Assembly (NCBI GenBank): GCA_009914755.4
Contig: CP086569.2
Coordinates: 3,872,001-3,936,000, forward strand
Direction: 5' to 3'
Length of the DNA: 64,000 bases
DNA from: the human T2T-CHM13v2.0 reference genome, Homo sapiens
The stretch's first letter is position 1. Each line of letters opens with the position of its first letter. A program made the translations under genes and the position numbers. Below are positions 33,601-47,400 of the stretch, one piece after another. The notes below the pieces were generated by a model. It saw nothing but the letters and a program-made list of their open reading frames with translations, ran no database searches and was not told the origin of the DNA.

Positions 33601-35849
33601 TTCTTTAGTTAGAGATGTCTATTGAAAGATAGAACTAGAAGGGATCTTGAAAGGTCATTAATCCATTCACTGCACTTAAACAAGACTAAACCTAAAAAAG
33701 GCTCAGAGAGACTATCTTTGGCAGTGTGAAAACTTTTCGTGTCTAATTCCTTTTATGAAGACAATCTAGTAGAAACAATAAAAAAGAAAAGCTTCCAATA
33801 TGGCATTTTGCTTTTCTAAGATGATTTCCCATTCTGTTACTAAAAAAAGAACTAAATTTATATTTTTCTCTTTTTGTCTTTTCTCTCTTTGCAGGTGCAC
33901 ACTATGTGTATGTGAATCATGATACAGTTCACAGCAACTGTAGCAATGCCACTGTGTTTCTGTTAATTAACTCAATATAACTATTGTGCATAAAAAGTGT
34001 ACATTTAATAAGGAAATCAAGATTTAAAACAATTTCACAAAATATTTTATTATAACCATACACAAAACACTTTTCAAATCACCAACCATTTGTTATTATT
34101 TCTTACAAATTCAGACATACAGGATTACGTTCTTGAAACTGCATAATTATATTAAATATAAGAATGTCTCTAAATTTCATGGCTTTTATCTACCATAATG
34201 GGTTATCATTCCAATAAAAATATTAAATATTTGTGCCTATATAATTTATATGTGCAAATTATATGCATATATATGAAATGTCCTATATATGTGTGTGTGT
34301 GTGGGTTTGTGTACACTTTGATGGAGAATAAGTTGTGTTATTTTATTAAGCAAAAACATTGCCTTTTATGGTACATAAAATGACTCGTGTTTCCATGCTA
34401 TTAAAATTCCTACATAAGTCTAAATTCTTATACATTCCATTCTCTTTGTATATTTTCCTTTTAAGATGACAAACATTTATTTCAAAATATCTACATTTTG
34501 TAAGCATTATACTCTAGTATCCAGTTTACTTACTATATATATGTGTCTGTATACATATGTATATTCACTTATACATATTGGTGGTAACACTTTTCTCCTT
34601 TTATTTTAGTTTTACATTTCTGGAGTTTCGGGAAAGAAGCTATTGAAATTTTTCTTATTTCAAGATATGTTTACATGACCTACTTGCAAACTTAACAAAA
34701 TCATCTGAGATTATTTTTTCTTTTTTCAGTAAACTTACCAAAATTTGAACATAACTTGAAAGTAATGATCGGTTTGCTGTTTTGATTGTTTGTAGACAAG
34801 TCCTGTGCCATTAGTATCTAATAAAGTGAGTGACATTGAAGAATTTGGTGACAAGAATACAAACTAGTCAAAATAGATTGCCTCTATGTCAATAATTATA
34901 AGGCTGCATATCAAAAAAATATAGTCATATATATATTCTAGGCACTGTTTAGGGATAGTAAAAGAACTAAAAATTGTGTACATACATTTTGTTGGAACAC
35001 AATGGAGGTGAGGTTGGGGAGTATGGTGTATTTCCGTGTGGTTTGAGTGCCTGTGTGTGTGTATGCGGGTGTGAGAATTACTTTTTATAGAAATATAATT
35101 AAGTAAAACTAACTTGGCATGTAAAATATGAGACAGTGAAGGAATAGGAGCATGGAAAACTATAAATTTTATAATTGTGCCATGTTTAGACTTTTCAGTT
35201 ATTTCATAGTTATTGTATCAGACCTAAGACCGTGGCACATATTAGGTTCAAAATGGGAATGTAGATCCCTAAATCTAGATCCTTAATTCTTAATGCTTTT
35301 CACCATCACATGCTATAGTTCATTCACACAAATCACTGTGTTGTGTTTCTTTTGGTTGACACATACCTATCCCCAAGAAAATGGACTCAAAAGACACTAA
35401 TAAAAGCTTTTAAAAGTATTTTTATAAGCCTGGGAACTGCAATAACCCCTGTATCTATTAATTGTTATAATATAATTATGTGAAATATGAGTGAATTGTG
35501 AAGAGACAGGAGTAAAAACTGAACTTTTGGGAAGGAAAATTGCTAAGGAACGAATGCAGAGTCCAGTCCCAAGGGAAATTGGTTAGGGTATCCATTTAGC
35601 ACAGGGTATTTGGTAATCAAACACATGGACTGGAATACAGTTTCAGAAAACATTATGTATCTTAGTGATGAAAGCAACTGCTTTTCACTTTTTGCAAACA
35701 TGACATTAGTGAACCTTCTGCTAAATCCTCTACACTATTTAGTAAATCTATATCCATCAGATTGATTGTCTTTCTGATACTGCCAAAGTTCAGGTGTATA
35801 TTAATTTCAAGAATAATTGAAACTGAAACATACCAAATAGTCCCATAGA

Positions 35850-36250
35850 GAGTTTTTTATTTTTTTTTTGATTAACATAGAAATTGACCTTTCTGATCTT
35901 AAAACGTGAAACTCACCAGATCCAGACAATGACATACCAGGCCTCTCAAATGGTATCAAAGAATTCAAACTCACCAGATCATCACATTCTGACAATGAGA
36001 TGTCAGGACCCTCATTCATCATGATTGCTTCCTTAACCATCCTGAGTTTCCCTTTTCCAATTCATTGTTACATTTCTTCCCTGCTATATAATCTAATTTC
36101 AGTTAGTCAGGGAGATGGATTTAAGACTGATCTCACATCTTCTTTGCTATAGCACTTGATTAAAGACTCTCCCTTGGTGATAACCATTATCTCAGTGATT
36201 GGCTTTCTATACAGCCAACAGGAGTAGCAGGAGCTAGACTGAACTCCTGG
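35850..36250 (+). mobile_element. Unclassified LTR-like interspersed repeat (copy A) with a TATA-like 'ctgctatataa'; followed by locally duplicated ~100-170 bp segments up to ~36820
   Basis: It is ~80% identical to 43865-44260 (shared blocks 'gaaattgacc', 'cttaaaac(g/t)tgaaactcaccagat', 'ctcattcatcatgatt', 'gttacatttctt(c/t)cctgctatataa', 'agtcagggagatggattt(a/g)agactgatctc', 'tgattggctttc'). Internal repeats: 'ctgactgtttcagtatggacgcttctgggggcttatgtgt' vs 'gattgtttcagtttggacattcttggggcttgtgtgt', and 'tgtttg(g/a)ccctaatattctttgga(a/g)(t/c)ctgg(a/g)g' at ~36652-36683 and again at ~36789-36818. Confidence 0.5.
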
Positions 36251-37173
36251 TGTTACTGAAACACCAGGAAAATTTTAAAGGAATTCCCATTTGCAGGTTG
36301 AATAAGCCCTACTGACTGAGAGAGGAGGGAAGCACCCTGACTGTTTCAGTATGGACGCTTCTGGGGGCTTATGTGTAATTGTGTGTTGTGTTTATGTGTC
36401 TGGGCATGTCAGTGTTTTTTGTGGGTACCAGGCAGTGGGATTGACTCCTCTCAATTTGACAAATTCTGCAGTAATTTTTGTTTACAAATTGACCAAGTCC
36501 ACCTAATGGAAAGGGAAGCATTCAGATTGTTTCAGTTTGGACATTCTTGGGGCTTGTGTGTTTCTGCAGTAGTTGGATTGTGTTTTGGTGATTGTTTGTG
36601 TGTGTTTCATGAAAAATTAGAATTCAATAAACAGATATTCCTTTGTAACACTGTTTGGCCCTAATATTCTTTGGAATCTGGAGTTTTCTATTGAATGAGA
36701 AAGTGTGTTTTTTCAGGATCTTATGCCGCTGTTCTACGCAGGTATGTGCCTAGTTAGTAGGTTCCAGGTGATGTCCTGAGGTGCTGTTTGACCCTAATAT
36801 TCTTTGGAGCCTGGGGAGGTTTGGGTCTTTAAGAATAAAACTGCCATTGAAGTTGCTTTACCCAAAATTTTGGTTCACAGCCTACATTGGGTTACCTACT
36901 GGGGCAAACAAAGTTTAGTCATGTAAACATGTTCATAGACAGGTAAGTTTGTATTGCTATCTCATGGCTATAGTTCAAAGGTAAAAGCTATTGGAAAAAG
37001 CTTTGTGTACCTGAAGGGAAAATAGAAAGCTGAAAATGTTTAGTTAATAAAATCTTTAAAACATGATAGAAAACTGAAGAAATGGCAATTAACATTGCTT
37101 ATAGTCAAAGCTCTTAGTGTCAATGAAGGCAAACTGAGAACTATTATAATGAAACACATTGGAAGTTTGGCTA

Positions 37174-37537
37174 TTTTTTAATTATACTTTAAGTTCTGGG
37201 ATATATGTGCAGAACATGCAGGTTTGTTACATAGGTATACACATGCCATGGTGGTTTGCTGCACCCATCAACCCATCGTCTACATTAGGTATTTCTCCTA
37301 ATGCTATCCCTCCCCTATCGCCCCAACCCATGACAGTCCCCGGTATGTGATGTTTCCCTCCCTGTGTCCATGTGTTCTCATTATTCAACTCCCACTTATG
37401 AGTGAGAACATGCAGTGTTTGGTTTTCTGTTCCTGTGTTAGTTTGCTGAGAATGATGGCTTCCAGTTTCATCCATGTCCCTGCAAAGGACATGAACTCAT
37501 CATTTTTTATGACTGCATAGTATTCCATGGTGTATAT
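37174..37537 (-). mobile_element. Young L1PA 3'-terminal segment (ORF2 end and 3'UTR), antisense; the 3' arm of a twin-priming insertion
   Basis: 'ttttttaattatactttaagttctgggatatatgtgcagaacatgcaggtttgttacataggtatacacatgccatggtggtttgctgcacccatcaacccatcgtctacattaggtatttctcctaatgctatccctccc...gtgttctcattattcaactcccacttatgagtgagaacatgcagtgtttggttttctgttcc...tattccatggtgtatat'. Confidence 0.9.
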
Positions 37538-39392
37538 GGATCTCTCTGCAGAGAGTGGATCTCTCTGCAGAAACTCTATAAGCCAGAAGAGAGTGGGAGC
37601 CAATATTCAACATTCTTAAAGAGAAGAATTTTCAACCCAAAATTTCATATCCAGCCAAACTAAGTTTCATAAGCGAAACAGAAATAAAATCCTTTACAGA
37701 CAAGCAAATGCCGAGAGATTTTGTCAACACCAGACCCGCCTTACAAGAGTTCCTGAAAGAAGCACTAAATATGGAAAGGAAAAACTGGTACCAGCCACTG
37801 CAAAAACATACAAATTGTAAAGACCATCGACACTATGAAGAAACTGCACCAACTAACGGGCAAAATCATCATAATGACAGGATCAAATTCACACATGACA
37901 ATATTAACCTTAAATGTAAATGGGCTAAATGCCCCAATTAAAAGACACAGACTGGCAAATTGGATAAAGAGTCAAGACCCATCGGTATGCTGTATTCAGG
38001 AGACCCATCTCACGTGCAAAGATACACGTAGGCTCAAAATATAAGAGATGGAGGAATATTTACCAAGAAAATGGAAAGCAAAAAAAAAAAAAAAAAAAAG
38101 CAGGGTTTGAAATCCTAGTCTCTGATAAAACAGACTTTAAACCATCAAAGATCAAAAAAGACAAAGAAGGGCATTACATAATGGTGAAAGGATCAATTCA
38201 GCAAGAAGAACTAACTATCCTAAATACATATGCACCCAATACAGGAGCACCCAGGTTCATAAAGCAAGTTCTTAGAGACCTACAAAGAGACTTAGACTCC
38301 CACACAATAATAGTGGGAGACTTTAACACCCCACTGTCAATATTAGACAGATCAATGAGACAGAAAATTAACAAGGATATCCAGGACTTGAACTCAGCTC
38401 TGGACCAAGTGGACCTAATAGATATCTACAGAACTCTCCACCCAAAATCAACAGAATATACATTCTTCTCAGCACCACATCGCACTTATTCTAAAATTCA
38501 CCACATAACTGGAAGTAAAACACTCCTCAGCAAACGCAAAAGAATGGAAATCATAACAAACAGTCTCTCAGACCATAGTGCAATCAAATTAGGAATCAGG
38601 ATTAAGAAACACACTCAAAACCACACAACTGCATGGAAACTGAATGACCTGCTCCTGAATGACTACTGGGTACATAACGAAATGAAGTCAGAAATAAAGA
38701 TGTTCTTTGAAACCAAGGAGAACAAAGACACAACGTTTCAGAATTTCTGGGGCACAGCTAAAGCACTGTTTAGAGGGAAATGTATAGCACTAAAGACCCA
38801 CAGGAGAAAGTGGGAATGATCTAAAATCAACACCCTAATATCACAATTAAAAGAACTAGAGAAGCAAGAGGAAACCAATTCAAAAGCTAGCAGAGGACAA
38901 GAAATAACTAAGATCAGAGCAGAACTGAAGGAGATCAAGGCACAAAAAAAAATTCAAAAAATCAATAAATCCAGGACATGGTTTTTTGAAAAGATTAACA
39001 AAATAGATAGACCGCTAGCCAGACTAATAAAGAAGAAAAGAAAGAAGAATCAAATAGACACAATAAAAAATAATAAAGGGGATATCACCACTGATCCCAC
39101 AAAAATACAAACTACCATTAGGGAATACTATAAACACCTCTATGCAAATAAACTAGAAAATCTAGAAGAAATGGATAAATTCCTGGACACATACACCCTC
39201 CCAAGACTAAGCCAGGAAGAAGTCGAATCCCTGAACAGACCAATAAGAAGTTCTGAAATTGAGGCAGTAATTAATAGCCTACCAATCAAAAAAAGCCCAG
39301 GATGAAGTGGATTCACAGCTGAATTCAACCAGAGGTACAAAGAGGAGCTGGTACGATTCCTTCTGAAACTATTCCAAACAATAGAAAAAGAG
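37537..39392 (+). mobile_element. Young L1PA ORF1 3' end, inter-ORF region and ORF2 5' ~1.7 kb (endonuclease to RT start), sense strand; the inverted 5' arm of the same twin-priming insertion
   Basis: It begins with the end of ORF1 ('tggatctctctgcagaaactctataagccagaagagagtgggagccaatattcaacattcttaaagagaagaattttcaacccaaaatttcatatccagccaaactaagtttcataagcgaaacagaaataaaatcctttacagacaagcaaatg...'). ORF 37835-38044 is '[64 protein letters not shown]'. ORF 38181-38819 (212 aa) is the L1 endonuclease ('...[71 protein letters not shown]...'). Confidence 0.9.
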
Positions 39393-41574
39393 TATACAGG
39401 ACTCACTACAAGGGTACCTCATTTACTCAGCCTTCTACTCTCAACTTCAGATGAGAACTGGAGTGTGCAAGCACTGGAACTGGCCAACTGGTTTGGTGTC
39501 AGCAGGAGTGAGCTCCATGTGGGCCCTGTGGCATTGTCCACGTATGGATGCCTGTGACCCCAAAGCCCTAGAGGTCATGTTACCAGTGCTCTTTAAGCTG
39601 TGTCATCCATGGATGGCTTAAGTGTTTGTAGCTCAGTGGGCACTTTGCCTCATTGTGTGGGGCAGCTGCCCTCCACCAGTGAGGGGAAAGGGCCAGTGTG
39701 ACAGTCTTTTGTATCCACTTGTGGCTCCCAAGCTCCTGTCCAGAGTCCAGGAAAAATGAGGTTAAATGAACAAATTGAAGGATGATATATGCAGGGTATT
39801 TTATTGCTGATTAAATTGCCTCTCAGTGGGAAGAGGTGCTCAAAAGGGGATGGGGAGGTAGGCAATCCTCCCCTGAAGTCTGGCTGTCTCCAGCCAGATT
39901 CTTCTCCAAGGTTACACCATCAAGCTGTCCCTCCGAAATCAAGCCATTTTTCTCCAACATCCAACCGTAGTCTCTGCTCCTCTCCAGCTGAATCTTGGGT
40001 CTTTACAGGCACATAATGGAGGACAGGGTGGGTCATGGGTAGTTTAGGAAAAGACAACATTCAAGCAGGAAAACAGGGATATAAGTTCTCATTTTAGGCC
40101 ATGGTTTCAGGCTTTTTGGCTTGAGGGTTTCACTGGGGACCTGCCCTTTTCTGCCTAGAATTTCTCTGCCTCCTTCACCTATCAGTACAAGTACTAATGT
40201 ACTTATTGGTCATCTGCCTACAGTGAATTTCTCAATTGCACAAAATATATATTGGTATTGATCAACTTGAAGACATTAATCTGTATACCAGAAACAAAAT
40301 GTCCATTAGGTGTTTGTTTTAGGCTCTGGGTAACATTGTAGCCTCTCATATAAACTGAGTAGGAGAAATAATTGGAGTCGGTTTTCTGTTTATTTGTTTT
40401 TGCTTTTAATTTTCATTTATTGCTGTTTGATCTTTTTGGAATTTTAATTATATATACATATATATAAAACCATTGATGGCTTTTAGTTTCTAATGGAAGA
40501 CTTTTATTTGATCCCATGAATAGCCATTTATTGGCCTATGCATTTCCAACAATTCATCATCTGTTCTATTTATCTAAAATTCCAAGCTGCCTATGTCAAA
40601 CCTGCAAAAAGTAAGTAATAAAGGACATCAACTATTTAAAATTTGATTGGTTTTGTTTACCTCTGACAGAGAGCTACAAAAGCTTTAAGGTTTCTGTAAA
40701 AATAAAATAAATAAGATTTATTTTTACATGTTTTGAGCAGCAGTGTTACATTACTTCATTTGAAAAAAGTAGGTGAGAATAAAGATGTTTAAATAATGTT
40801 TATTTCCAAGGTAATTCAGTTCAATCAATAATTTGAGTTGGTTTCAGATCTTTTTATTTAGGGAATGAAGAAAAATTATGACATGGACGTAAAGTTTTAA
40901 TGTTCAGAACAGTTTGGTCTGTGATTTCTCTCAAACCAATTTAGTTGTATTTAACATTATTAAAATTCAATGACATTTGCTTGGGTTAAGTCATAATAAA
41001 AAAATGTATGACTTTCTAGTAATTTTTTTTAATCCCAAGCCATTTATCACTGATAGGCCTCGATGTGTATAATTGAAAATGAAATATGTACAAGTGTTAC
41101 CCTGGCTTGAATATTTTACTGGTGAAAGTTACCTAATCAGTTGTCTGTACTGTATCTAGAAACCAATCTTGGAAATGTGTGATGATGTCCTTTTAAAACA
41201 GTTGAAAAGAAATTACTGTGTGCTTGTTCTTAATTTGTCCCTGTTTTGTTGTATAGTATTTAAATGAAAGGAGATTATTTTTCCTCACACTGAATTTCCA
41301 AAACTGATAACTGCATTTATAATTTTTTAAATGATGAAGAGAAACCTTAGTCATCTTACTTTGATAAGTTTGGAGCAGGAACTATCACAAAAGTTTGGAT
41401 AGTAGGAACTATCCAAACAAAAGTTTGGATGCTTTTGATCACAGTTTTGTCACTAGAATGCTAGCAACTAGACATGCAATAAGTAATCTGACTAACTTAA
41501 TACACAGTGGTTTCAAGTGCAGCAGGCAGTAGCCTCTAAACACCAAATCACAGTGTTTTAATTTGTGAAACGAT

Positions 41575-41829
41575 AGAGAAAATGATAGCACTTTCTGTGG
41601 TATAAATATCTTATTAACCCATCCTTGTGCTGTTAAGTTATAGGGCTTTGAATCCTGGAACTTAACAGCAGAAAGTGCCTTTGAATCTGAAAAGGCATAC
41701 ACGATAGAGAAAATGATAGCACTTTCTGTGGTATAAATATCTTATTAACCCATCCTTGTGCTGTTAAGTTATAGGGCTTTGAATCCTGGAACTTAACAGC
41801 ACAAAGTGCCTTTGAATCTGAAAAGGCAC
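41575..41829. repeat. Near-perfect tandem duplication, 2 × ~127 bp
   Basis: 'gatagagaaaatgatagcactttctgtggtataaatatcttattaacccatccttgtgctgttaagttatagggctttgaatcctggaacttaacagca(g/c)aaagtgcctttgaatctgaaaaggca(t/c)ac' occurs twice back-to-back with 2-3 mismatches. Confidence 0.9.
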
Positions 41830-43864
41830 ACCCTTCTGCTAAATTTTGAGCATTGACAACAGTCTAAGCTGTGTTTTGAGACCACAGAGAAAGTGAAAAT
41901 CAGAATGAATGCTTTTGTGAAACACAGAACAAAAAGTTTGAACCGTTCAATCTAGACTCAGGGACTATCATGAAACAGGTGGGCACATGAAATTTTAAGG
42001 GCCAATTTTGTGAGATAAAATTTGTTCAGAGTTTTTTTAATATATAAATTAAACATTAATATTAAAAGCACACTGATGTAAAGCCAACATCTAGGCCTGT
42101 GTGTAAAAATAACAGGGTTTTCTTGGAGCATTGATCTGCTCTTTAATAGAGTTATAAAAGATTTAACAGAAATTTTATCTTATGGTCAAACTGATTAAAA
42201 TTAGATTTGTTTTTAAGGTTTTATTAAATTTTATTAAAATTAGCTTTAACATTAATAATACACCATACAAAGGTAAAATTTGGTTTTCTTCTTTGGAGAA
42301 AATTTTCACTTACGGGATAATAGGAGATTTTTGTTTACCATTTGATTAAACTGCAGGGGAAAAAGGATAGGGAGAGACAAATTTATTTGACCTCATGCTA
42401 TCTTTATTAGGTTTCATTGTTTGAGAAACTTCGTCTCATCACTATCAAAGGATAATTGTTTTTGTAGTATCATTTTGGCTAAATGAATGACTAGTTTGTA
42501 GTAACTTGTGGGTTCTATTTTGTAGTATCAATTGTCTTAAACCTTTGATAGTTGAAAGATTTTCCAACAGCAAAATTTCAAGTTCGAAATTCAGTCTTTT
42601 TAACCTCATACTAACTTTTTTTTTTTTATATTGGGTCCCCTGAAGACCAACAGAGACACTTTAGGTTTATTCGGTAAGTTAGAATTATACAAAAATCATT
42701 GTCAAATGTGACATAGTATTTAACTTCTTTTGGGTTATATTTATAAAGATGTGTTATTAATATGTGTTCTAGGACTGTATGATATTCCTGAAATTCTGAC
42801 ATACCTTAATATATTTGTTAAGTAATGATTATAATTATGTTGAATTTTTTTTTTGCCAACAGAAATTACGTAATTTCCTTATCAACTGTATCTTTAACTA
42901 TGACCGTTTTAAGACTTTTGTCATCCACAATTGTTTCTTGTTGATTCTTGTTAAAAAGTGACTTAAAATCAGTTTTAATCCAGGGCTTGCTTCTTTGGGG
43001 CAGTTTATGGAAGGAACTCATGAATAAAGGATTCTGATAACTTTGGAGATTGTGTCACCGGATTAGAAAGAAAACTTCCAGCAGTCTAATTAACTAGCTG
43101 ATGTGTTTATAAAGACTGCTAACCAAATATGAAGCACAGTAGGAGCTGATTGGATGGTCTGAACTAATGGTGGACTGATGTAATTTTTATGGCTTTTTTG
43201 CTTGAAATATTGTTGATTCTTTGTTTTTCAGAATCTGGAGAACTTTTTTCTTTAGAACTATTTATAGCCTTTAAATATACTTTAAGTATATTGAGGATAG
43301 ATTGAAGCTTTTGAGTCATAGTCCTCTCTCTCTCTGCCTAAAATTTGTAAACTATTTCTGAATATTCTTAATTCATGGCAATGTGATTGTTTGTATATGT
43401 TTAGTAAGAACTTGTTTTCTTTTATAAGGGGATGCAGTTGGAGGAACTGATTATTTTCCAAGGGTTTTGACTGAAATGGTCTGTGAGAAGTTTCAGCAAA
43501 GCCAACTCAAGAGAGCCTATTTGGACAATAATTATTTCTGCACTTTATATGGGTAATCAGGCCAAGTATATGGGACTAAATCTTATTTTGCAGGAAGGTT
43601 TGCCCTATTATAATTGGTCTTTGGTGAAAGTGGGTGACTAGAGAGAGAAAAATTGTATTTCAAAAGAAAACTATAGTACCAATCTTTGATTTCTCCATGG
43701 CCACATGATCACCCATGGTATGGAGTACCCACAATGCCCCTCCTCAGCAGGAAGAAGCCAGAATGATTGATCATCAGAATCCCCATGATTGAGGAATTGA
43801 TAAATAAAAGGGTGGGGGGGGAGGTGCTGAAACCAATCTAATAGTCACATAGGTTTTTTTTTTT

Positions 43865-44260
43865 ATAAAAATAGAAATTGACCATTCTAGTCTTAAAACT
43901 TGAAACTCACCAGATTAAGACAATGAGGTATTAGCCCTCTCAAAAGGTATCAAATATCAAACTCATCAGATATCACATCCAGACCATGAGACACCAGACC
44001 ACTCATTCATCATGATTACTTCCTTACCTCACCTGAATTCCTGTTTTCCTATACATAGTTACATTTCTTTCCTGCTATATAAACCTCTAATTTTAGTCAG
44101 TCAGGGAGATGGATTTGAGACTGATCTCCCCTCTCCCTGGCTGTAGCACCTGTTTAAAGTCTTTTTTCTTGGCAATAATCATTGACTCAATGATTGGCTT
44201 TCAGTGCAATGAACAGCAGGACCTAGGCCAAATCCCTAGTGTTTGGTAACAAAACTACTT
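43865..44260 (+). mobile_element. Unclassified LTR-like interspersed repeat (copy B); same family and orientation as 35850-36250
   Basis: See copy A for the shared sequence blocks, including the 'ctgctatataaacc' TATA-like motif. Confidence 0.5.
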
Positions 44261-44489
44261 CTCAGGGATATTAAACAATGGAAAATAGAAGAAAACTCTC
44301 AAATGAGAAAATCAGTCTTCACTATGTAATGATTTTTTCTCTTGCACTCTCATATAAAAAATGCTAACTACCTTAGAGATACTTGAGGGTGAAAGAAGCA
44401 ATATTTCTTTGATGTATGTTACATTGTTTATTTTAAGATGACAGTTTTCTCATTGTTTTTGAAGTATAATTTGTTTGGCTATTTCTTTT

Positions 44490-47400
44490 TTGAAATTCTA
44501 GTTGACATATAGTCATTGTACATATTTATGAGGTAGAGGTGCAATTTTGATACCTATATAAAATGTATGTATAAAATATGTGATGCTCAAATCAGGGTAA
44601 TTGGTATATTCATCACCTCATACATTTATCATTTGTTTGTATTGGGAATATTAAAAATCCTCTCTTATAGCTGTTTAAAAATTCAGAATAAATTATTGTT
44701 TACTAGTCACACTAGTCACACTAGAAATTTTTCCTCTTATCTAGCTATAATTGTGTATCCAATAAACCACCTTCCCCTATACAGCCCCTTATCATTCCCA
44801 GCCTCTAATTACTACTATTCTACTCTCTCCTTCAATGATATAAACATTTTTAGCTTCTACATGTGAGTGAGAACACATGGTATTTATGTTTTTGAGCCTG
44901 GATCAGTTTACTTGATGTAATGTCCTACAGATTCATCCATTCTGCCACATTTAGCAGGATTTTATTCTTTTTAAAGGCTGAATGATATTCCATTGTGAAT
45001 CTATACCACATTTTCATTATCTATTCATCTGTTGATGGACTCTTAGGTTGAGTCAATATTCTGATTATGGTGACAAGTTCTGAGAAAAATATTCAAGTAC
45101 AGGTATCTCTTTGAAATACTAATTTACTTTTTAAAAAATATGTATTCAATAGCAGGATGGCTGGCTGATACAACAGCTCTGTTTTTTGTTATTTGAGGAA
45201 ATTCCATGCTCTGTTTCTTAACTGATGACTGATTTACATTCTGACCAGCTAGGTATAAGCTTTTCTCTGCATTCTCACTACCATTTTTTTATAATAGCCA
45301 TTCTAATTAAGGTGAGATGATACCACTGTGAGTTTGATTTGCATTTCTCTGATTCTTAGTAATAATGAACATTTTGATATACTTTTTAATGTTTGTATGT
45401 CTTCTTTTGAGAAATTACTCTTCAGATCTTCTGCTGTCTTTTTTAATCAGGTTATTTATTTTTCTGCTGTAGAGTTGAGATCCTTTTATATTCTATATGT
45501 AAGTCTCTTGTCAAATTAGTAGTTTGAAAATATTTTCTCCCATTCTGCTGATTGTCTCTTTATTTATTGTTTTTCTTTCCTTGCAGAAACTTTTAATTTT
45601 GATACAATTCCAGTTGCCTATTTTTACTTTTGTTGCCTGTGCTTTTGAGGTCCTAGCCATAAAATATTTGCCCAGGCCAACGTCCTGAAGGATTTTCCTG
45701 TTTTCTTTTGGAAGTGTTATAGTTTCAGGTCTTATATTTAGGTGTTTACTTTACTTTTGAGTTCAACTTTGTATATAGTGGGGAATATGGCTTTAGTTTT
45801 ATTCTTTGTACATGGATATGCAATTTTCCAACCACCATTTATTGAAGATACTGTCATTTCCCCAATATGTATTCTTGAAAACTTTGTTAACATTGGGCTG
45901 TATATATGCAGATTTATTTCTGGGTCCTTTACCCTTTTCCATTAGTCTATGTGCCTGATTTTATGCCAGTACCATGCTACTTTTATTACTATGTTTGTAG
46001 TACATTTTAGGTCAAGTAGTGTAATGCCTCTTGCTTGTTCTTTTCAGAAGACTCCTTTGGCTATTTTAGATCGTTTTTAGTCCCATATAAATGTTTTTAT
46101 TGTCTTTTTTAAATATTTCTGTGAAAAATCCTGTGAATGTTTTGTTAGGGATTACATGGAATCTGTAGATAACTTTGGGTAGTGTGGTTATTTTAACGAT
46201 ATTAATTATTTCAATCCATGAAAACGGGATGTTTTATTTTTTAAATGTCTTCTTTATTTCATCAGAGTTTCATTATTTTTATTGTAGAGATCTATCATCT
46301 CCATGGTAATATTTATTCCTAAATACGTGATATTTTGTGGCTATTGTAAATGGTATTACTTTCTCAATTTCTTATTCACCTAGATTATTATTGGTGTATA
46401 AAAATGCAAATGTATTTGTATGTTGATTTTTATCCTGTGAATTTACTGAATGCATTTATTAGTTCTAAAAGATTTTGGTAGAGTCTTCAGAATTTCTATA
46501 TAAAAACACACGCCATCTGCCAACAGGTACAATTCGTCTTCCTCCTTTCCAATTTAAGGGCACTTTATTTCTTTGTCTTCTCTAATTGCTCTGACTAGGA
46601 CCTTCAGTGCTGTGTCAAATAACAGTAGTGAAAGAGGGCATTCACGTCTTGTGCCAGATTTTAGAAAAAAAGGTTCAATTCTTCCTTGTTCAGGATGATG
46701 TTAGTTGCAACATATAGCCTTTATTTTCTTAAGGTATGTTTCTTCTATACTTGGTTTATTGAGAGTATTTATTATTCAGAAATGTTGAATTTTATCAAAT
46801 GCTTTATCTGCATCTATTGAGATGATTGTTTTTCCTTCATTTTGTTTATATGATTTATCACATTTATTGATTTGTGTATGTTAAGCCATTCTTGTATCCC
46901 TGAAATACATTTTATTTAATTATGCTGTATAATTGTATCGATGTGCTGTTGGATTCAGTTTGCTAGTATTTTGTTAATAATTTTTGCATCTATGCTCATC
47001 AGGGATATTGGCCTACAGTTTTGTTGTTGTTTTGTCCTTGCCTGGTTTTGGTGTCAGGGCAATGCTGGCCTCATAGAATGAGTTTAAAATAATTTCCTAC
47101 CCTTCAATTTTTGGAATAGTTTCAGAAAAATTGAAATTAATTTTAATTTAAATGTTTGGTAGAATTCAGCAATGAAGTCATCTGATCCTAGGTATTTTTG
47201 ATGTTGTGAGAAATATTTTACTAGCACTTCAAACTTGTTACTTGTTTTTGGTCTGCTCAGGTTTTCCATTTCTTCCTGGTTCATTCTTGATAGGTTCTGT
47301 GTGTCCAGGAGTTTATCCATTTCCCTTTAGCTTTTCCATTTTATTGGCATATAGTTGTTCATAATAATCTCTCATGATATTCTGTATTTCTGTGTTATCA

